A stretch of 64,000 bases of DNA, taken from positions 5,084,001-5,148,000 of the forward strand of contig NC_079238.1 of NCBI RefSeq assembly GCF_027921745.1, given 5' to 3'. The position numbers were made by a program, and so were the translations under genes. Origin of the DNA: Schizosaccharomyces osmophilus (lineage: Eukaryota). Positions 57,089 through 64,000 of the stretch are shown piece after piece. The notes beneath the pieces were generated by a model. It was not told where the DNA came from and made no database searches. It was given only the letters and a program-made list of their open reading frames with translations. The first letter of the stretch is position 1; each line of letters begins with the position of its first letter.

Positions 57089-58030
57089 CATCATTGCGAG
57101 TCTCTTGGAATTTGTCGGTCCTAACTGAAATTATACATTTCACGAGTCTTGTAACCGTAGGAAAATTAAAAATATCTGAAGCTAAGCTGATGGTCATAGA
57201 TCTATGCATTTCACACAGATCCAAAGGTCTTGACCCAACAACATATACTGATCCAGTTGTTTATCCAAATGAAGAGTTTCTCTCGCAACACTGAAACTTG
57301 CACCATTTGTGGCGCCTCACAACGTGCTGGATAGGAAGCATACCATATGGTTCTCCTTCGGATGGTTTTTCTTAATCAACCAATTTGGTAGTTTAGTTCT
57401 ATAGGCTCACTCTTCTTGAGCTGTGTAACTAACGAGATGCTTCAGGATTCCTTTCAGAACTATGTTGTAAGTCTTCCGATAAATAGGTACTTGACGTTTC
57501 AAGGTTGTTTTAATTAATTCATCATTATATGAGTCTTTTTGTAAATCAAGTTGACTACATGCGCACCGATATCTTGGTTGTTTTCAAAGGGATTGGGAAA
57601 AACCAGGCCGATAATAGGATCAACTGGGATCGTTTAGTAATTTGGTCAGAGGCGTCTTATTAGCAATGATCATTTGTCAAATAAGATAAATAACGTAGTT
57701 CAAATTAAACAATACCATACGCTTCTGGAGCTTTTTTTGAAAGAGCATGTTTTAAGGTACCGGTTATCGTATTATGCGTACGGTAGCAAACGCCTTCTAT
57801 GAATACAGAGGATCTTTGAAAGATGCGAGCAGAGAGCAAACCATTCAGCTTTCGTATTGTCGCCCCAAACACGCTCGTTTCCTTGCCCACCTTGAATCAG
57901 ACGTAAGTGGAGAGTTGACCCACTCACGAGTATGTTCTATTTGATCGTCCATATTTAAGGCATCCATGATTAGCGGAAGCCTGTTAAAAAGATAATCTCT
58001 TCCTTTTCTCTTAACTAAGCTAACACTCAT
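56487..58030 (-). pseudogene. Probable decayed protein-coding gene (multiple stops and frameshifts, internal poly-A/T tract)
   Basis: A chain of same-strand protein-like ORF fragments over 1.5 kb (58030-57845, 57890-57705, 57224-57027, 56780-56487, plus shorter pieces between). Confidence 0.42.
57040..57086 (+). repeat. Poly(A) tract, 47 nt
   Basis: Counted directly. Confidence 0.95.
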
Positions 58031-59470
58031 ATGAGTTTCAGTATGTAGTCAAGTGGTGTTGAACAAACTGCTAATGAGCTCCATTCTTTAATACATTGGC
58101 TTCCGTACATTTTAAGTTGACTTGGATTTTGCTATGCCGGCCGTGTCCACTCAACCATGCTCGTAGTAGCTAACAGCTGTATTGTGTTTTTCTTTGCTTG
58201 CTGTCTTTTTCGTACAATCACTTGTCGGCTTGTTCGAACATATTACTTAAAGTGCACCTGTTGCAGCAACCGTGAACGAAATGCTAAACTAGGAAAGATG
58301 CGATGGTTGTTACTCGTCCAATGTATTCGAATTGGGGGTGATCATTGAGCCACTATTGTATTTGTATTTTTTTTCGTAGTCATGGTATGGTGTCTAATCC
58401 ATCGTTTTCGTATACATGTATTCGTGATTGGAGCAAACATGCCCATTAAACATGGATTTTAAAATCAATGTTTTCAACATTGAATACCTGAAAAGGATAT
58501 TAACGACAAAAGAATATCACGAACGAACGAAAATTTAGGGCATCCTGATTGTAGCTAAGCCGTCGCTTGTTACATAAGATATTTATCTTTTACGTTGTCA
58601 AAACAAGTGGTTAATTTGACTACTGATATGTGCATTTCTTGAACAGTCAGACAGGAAAGCACATCTTCTTTTTTTGGTTGAAAGCATCTATAGATTAATG
58701 AATCCCGTTAAACCTCGCTTTCATGTGCCGACCTTTTTCAGGTAAAAGTTCTCTAGGAATTATATAGAGATTCTGGTTGAATGAACTTCAGTAAAGTCAG
58801 GTGCAGCTTTATAAGTTTCGCAGCGTAATCCAATATTTGTGAATAGAAACGAATGCGTATACAGACCGATGCAAAATGCACCGGTGGTCAACAACTCATG
58901 TGTCATTGTCAAGTAGACAGTTTGACATGATACATGTGAACAACTACCTGTCAGAGGACGAAAGGATGACTGATGGCACGGACCAAACAATATGAAGAAA
59001 AACATGATTAAAGAATCAAAAAGGGACTACTCTGTCAAAACATAAAGATGAAAGATTGAGAGGGATACGATCGACATGCAAAAAATCACATTACAATACC
59101 TAATTTCGAGCAACAATAGAAATTATGGCCCTACAATAAAGATATTTAGACCGAAAATGTTCACGCGCTCTTATAAAGTTCCATTTCGTTTACCAAATCC
59201 TGGACACTACCATCACCAACGTTCAGCTCAACCTTGAAAAAATTATAATGACAGTTTAAAAGTCGCTCATACTCGTTCACCTACCGCATAAAACAGCGTA
59301 ACAGAGGAAAAGGTCTGAATTTATTTGCGTAAGTTTTACACAAACATTCATGGTACTATATAATGAATGTCATTTATGACGCATCCTTCTATATTTGAGA
59401 TATTTTATATCTAGACAAGGATGCACAGAAATTGGTTTTTGTGAATATTTATATTGTCGCGGGATCGAAT

Positions 59471-61165
59471 ATGAGCGTGCAAAAGAAGATCATCTCTTGT
59501 CCGTTGAAGGGTTCTGAGCTTCTTCGAAATGCTCGCTACAACAAAGGTACAGCGTTTACTAAAACCGAGCGTAGCAAGTTGAGATTGAATGCCAAGCTTC
59601 CTCCTGTTATAGAGACGTTAGAGCAGCAATTAAAGCGTGCCTATGATCAATATGCATGTCTAGGAGATTCCTTGCAAAAACATATTTATTTGTCGGATGT
59701 GTTTGAAACAAATCAAACGCTTTTTTATGCATTAATTAGTCATCATTTGCCAGAAATGTATCCAATCATTTATACACCCACCGAAAGCCAAGCTATAAAA
59801 AAATACTCTCAAGTATACCGTTATCCTAATGGATGCTACTTTGACATTGAGCATAATGATCCCAAGTACATGAAAGAACAGCTTGCGGAATTTGGAAACC
59901 CCAATGATATCCAGTACATTGTAATTACGGATTCAGAAGGGATCTTGGGTATCGGGGATCAAGGAGTTGGTGGTGTTTTGATTTCTGTAGCAAAGGGACA
60001 TTTGATGACTTTGTGCTCAGGGTTAGATCCTAATCGATTTTTACCCATCGTTTTGGATGTTGGTACAAACAACAAGGATCATCGAGAGGACCCCAAATAC
60101 CTTGGATTGAGAAAAGACCGTGTGCATGGAGAACTGTACAGTCGCTTCTTGGAGAATGTTATCCATAGCGTTAAAGAGAAATTCCCCAACGCCTTTGTAC
60201 ATTTTGAAGATTTTGGTCGCATAGACGCTAAACCGGTTCTCGATCGCTACAGTCCGAAATTGCCTTGCTTCAACGACGACATCCAAGGTACGGGAGTTGT
60301 GACACTGGCTGCCATTTTTTCTGCCGTCCGCCTTACGAAGAGTAATTTGAGCGATCAAACGCTTGTGATTGTTGGTGCAGGCACGGCAGGTGTCGGTGTC
60401 GCTGATCGAGTCGTTTCTAGCATGGTTAAAGAAGGAATAAAGGTAGAAGACGCACGACAAAGGATCTATCTTTTGGATAAAGACGGGTTACTTTTGGATG
60501 AAGATGCCGACAGGGCGACGGATGGACAAAAGCCCTATTTAAAGAAAGCGTCAGATTTTTCCGATAAGTCATCTCCAGAGCAAATAGATTTAGAGACAAC
60601 TGTTTCCAAAGCTCACCCGACAGTTCTCCTAGGTGTCTCCGGTCAAGCGGGTATCTTTACTGAAAAGGTTGTACGGGAAATGAGCAAGCATACCGATCAA
60701 CCCATTATATTCCCTCTGTCTAATCCCACAGATTTAATGGAAGCAAAAGCAAGTGATCTGAATGAATGGACCGATGGAAAGGCATTAATTGCCTCGGGAT
60801 CACCAGTTCCCCCTGTAAAGCGTAATGGAAAGGATTATTATATTTCTCAATGTAACAATGCTTTTATCTTTCCTTCTGTTGGAGTTGCGGCTGTCTTGTC
60901 CGAATGCAAGACATTGTCAGAAGAAATGCTTTTAGCTGCAGCGGATGGCTTGGCTAGTACCCCAAGAGATTATTTCGCGTCTGATGACTCTCTACTGCCA
61001 GATCTTGGTCATGTAAGAGAGGTGTCTCGCCATGTCAAGTTTGCAATTTTAAAGCAGGCAGTAGCCGAAAACAACTGTGCTGGTCATGTTCCTAGCGATG
61101 AAAAGGCTTTACGCGAGTGGATTGAGAAGAATGAATGGTATGCCGAATATCAAGACTATGCATAG
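59471..61165 (+). CDS. mae2: Malic enzyme (Mae2 family), 564 aa
   Basis: ATG at 59471; YNKGTAFT, IIYTPT, ILGIGDQG, HFEDFG, FNDDIQGTG, GAGTAG, PLSNPT, QCNN motifs; possibly a paralog. Confidence 0.9.
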   Translation: MSVQKKIISCPLKGSELLRNARYNKGTAFTKTERSKLRLNAKLPPVIETLEQQLKRAYDQYACLGDSLQKHIYLSDVFETNQTLFYALISHHLPEMYPIIYTPTESQAIKKYSQVYRYPNGCYFDIEHNDPKYMKEQLAEFGNPNDIQYIVITDSEGILGIGDQGVGGVLISVAKGHLMTLCSGLDPNRFLPIVLDVGTNNKDHREDPKYLGLRKDRVHGELYSRFLENVIHSVKEKFPNAFVHFEDFGRIDAKPVLDRYSPKLPCFNDDIQGTGVVTLAAIFSAVRLTKSNLSDQTLVIVGAGTAGVGVADRVVSSMVKEGIKVEDARQRIYLLDKDGLLLDEDADRATDGQKPYLKKASDFSDKSSPEQIDLETTVSKAHPTVLLGVSGQAGIFTEKVVREMSKHTDQPIIFPLSNPTDLMEAKASDLNEWTDGKALIASGSPVPPVKRNGKDYYISQCNNAFIFPSVGVAAVLSECKTLSEEMLLAAADGLASTPRDYFASDDSLLPDLGHVREVSRHVKFAILKQAVAENNCAGHVPSDEKALREWIEKNEWYAEYQDYA

Positions 61166-64000
61166 AGGGTTGGTCTATATATTTTATGAATAGCAGGTAC
61201 GAAAGAAGACCTCCAATTGTCTATGCACGAAGAGGCAATTTTACTTGCACTTGTTCACGACAAAAAAACGAATGAATGAATGAATGAAAATTACTATGCG
61301 ATTCCCTGATTCCATGAATAGAAAATCCGAAAATCCTATATCGATAGAAAGTAGGTAAATAAAGGAGGGCAGGGCTACAGTTCTTCAATGAAGAGAATTG
61401 CGTGCATCCACGCATTTATTTAACGGGACATTTAAGTTTTTTCCCTTCAAGGATGACTTGGTATTACTTATTTTTCTATGTAAATGCCCAACCTTCGACC
61501 GTTACAAAGGACTATGCTGTATACAGTAAACAATAGCACAAGAAAATTATTATTTGCAAGTTGTAATTCATTCAAAAATCCGTTTATAAGTTGATCTTAC
61601 ACATTGGTCTATACATGCAAGAAGACATCGTACAAATATTTTTGTAATAGTATCAATGAATGTACGTCACGTCACTGTTGTAGAAGTCGCTAAGCTTACT
61701 TTGAGGATATCACTATAGATGCTACAGTTAAGATAATTATTGTTATTGCGAATTCGCTCATTACTTCAAGATGATAATATTTACTAATGAATATAACTTT
61801 GTCGTAGACAAGATCTAATGAGAAAAAAAAAAAAAAAATTCAATGGAAGATGTAGTAACAATTTATTTGATTAGGAATTGTTTGCAGGGATCTGGTTCGC
61901 TATGTTGTGTAGACTTATTTTATTCAGCCAGATCAGCTGAATCGCTCAATTTGAAGTTTCATGCTACCAACGATGGGTATACTGACTTGCTATTAGTATA
62001 AAAATGTTCTTCCTCGTTTTAGACTTCCCTTGTTTATTGTTTGCAATAAGGAACCCTTTTGTATCGCTATAATACACTCTCTCGGCCATGACAAATGCCA
62101 CGTAAACAAATCGTCAGAAATTGCTTTCCACATATTATTAACCAAAACACGTAGACATGTTGAAGGCTTCAATGCATGGCAAAAAGCTGCAGAATGCAAG
62201 TATAGTGTAGTTTCAATGGGTTTTACGAATTTGTTCGATTTTCCGAATAAGAATTAAAGCAGTATTGAAATAAAACGGACCGCTAATAAAAGAATTTGCT
62301 TAAAAAATGGCTTTGGTAAAGAATATTGACTCTAACCTCATTATATCGAATCCCAAGCTACTCTTTAAGATTTCGTAGCGACATTGGATTGCTCCAGGAT
62401 ATAAAACAAGGCAATATCAAGTATAGCTCCATCTACATATTGGAGCCAGTAAATTATGCCTTCATCAACACTTCATAGTTTTTTGCCTTTTTCGTCTACT
62501 AAGATGTAACCTAGCAGTTTTAGAGTAATGGGTGTTTGCCTATCAACTATAAAAATGAATCCCATTGAGGCAGTCGACATTCACAGTAAAGAAGTAGTTT
62601 TCCTACATTAAAGTTAAATTTATAAATAAGCCTAGAAAAGCTTGGCCAACGGTATATTTTTCGATATCAGTTCAGTATTTTAACTTCTGTTCAACTTACG
62701 ATTAATGCAGTGAATCCAATATTCTCGACAAAGAATTAGTGGCTCCTTTATCCGAATTGGAACAATCAAAATGAAAGCATTGTTTTTACAAGCAAGAACA
62801 GATCGTGAATCCTTAGATTTAGAGAACGTATAGTAACAGAGTAACGTTGCTAAACAACGGTCTCTGTGAATAGAATCGGCAAGTATGTGAATATTGGTAA
62901 TAATCAAACGTACTTTTATCAACAGGTATGATCAATTTAGTTAGTTGGTTCTGTCTTCCGACGGGATATTTAAAATGGTTGAATTACAAATGCTCTCATT
63001 TAAGCTTTTATAAAACGAATTCATCATCAAATATTATTTCGTAACGGAATACTTTGAAGGAAATAAGGTCGGTAAAGCCTTTAAAATAAAACGTTATACT
63101 ATAGAGGAATTCCTTTATTCACGTAACAAACAAAGCCTAGCAAAGACGCTTTGTGCAGAGAGGATCGCAACGTAAAAGAGTGTCCGTTACAAATTCAGAA
63201 AGAAGACTATTTATTTGCGGGTTGTCTCACTTTGAATATCTGGAGGACGATTTTTTTGTACATGCTATGCTGCATTGCAAATCATGAGCCAGGAATCGTC
63301 TTATAATACTTGCTTTTCTTACTTGGAACAATATTTATTACAAGCGGTTAATTGCTAAAAATTTCTGTATGGGAATATGGATGATCAGAACTTTTACAAA
63401 TTTAGCTGTTACTCTTCAAGTGTGACATCTGCATTTGTGAACGTCGTTTTTTATGTAGTAAGATGATTTTAGTTTTTAGGAAAGAAGTCAGGTATGTCGG
63501 GTAGTAGCATATATCACTAGGACTTGGAAATCTATGAAACGAGCAGGTTTAGTTGTTTTTCGAATCATTTTCATAATCGTACACCGGTTATGGCAAGAAG
63601 AAAAACTCTCATGTGGAATTGATTCAGCATTCTATAAATTATTCATGCTGTCTTATCAATTTCTAAGCCAATTGCCTGAATCATGCTTGACCTTATATAG
63701 TTTACAGTTTATGAAATTTTGAAGCTCCAAGTGTCTTACCTGTATTTTTTGAGACAGACAAGCCTTGATCTTCTTTTATTATTGTGTCAAAATACGAATA
63801 ACTGAACATTTTCCTCAACGAATCTAGTAGCTTGCTTGTTTAACCCACGATTCGCAAAAAGAATTTACATAACATATATATCAAGACAAAAGCAATCATG
63901 ATAAGAATCGTAAGTAAAGTAATTTTACAAGTGCAAACCCGTTCATCAAAGATATTGATAACAAAGGACAATACCACAAAATGATTGACAAGCTTCAAAA

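Noticed and set aside
57425..57450. gtaactaacgagatgcttcagg, faintly similar to part of 5S
   Set aside because: Too short, no colinear flanking similarity; falls within a fragment of the putative fossil gene
61166..64000. Possible LTR, transposon or telomere-associated repeats in the terminal AT-rich 2.8 kb
   Set aside because: No TG..CA-bounded repeat, RT/integrase motif or tandem telomeric units visible; only short ORFs and an A-tract

Overview
Eukaryotic DNA from a fission yeast (Schizosaccharomyces, most likely the octosporus/osmophilus/cryophilus clade rather than S. pombe; species not determinable here). Bases 1-38.3 kb form a dense core block whose gene order matches, from memory, the S. 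pombe chr II SPBC839/SPBC1706/SPBC354 region: hut1, usp107, mrp21, its8, ibp1, cta3, new20, rps17, tRNA-Lys, rpl8, dcn1, aly1, fzo1, tea4, fap1, vac8, rga6, gpd3, def1. After a tRNA-Gly (39.0 kb) the sequence becomes gene-poor and accessory. It is punctuated by five co-oriented 5S rDNA copies (three full-length, two decayed). Between the first two lies an intact five-exon wtf poison/antidote meiotic-driver gene, which I reconstructed by hand because the ORF track shows only fragments, head-to-head with a two-exon PY-motif membrane-protein gene (wag-type). A third, intronless wtf-like membrane-protein gene lies just outside the first 5S. Other 5S-bounded intervals carry a ferric reductase plus a catechol O-methyltransferase with iron-type GATA sites, and a Ptm1-like membrane protein. 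Beyond the last 5S are a decayed gene split by A47 and a malic enzyme. Gene names come from recognising the sequences; no database searches were run.
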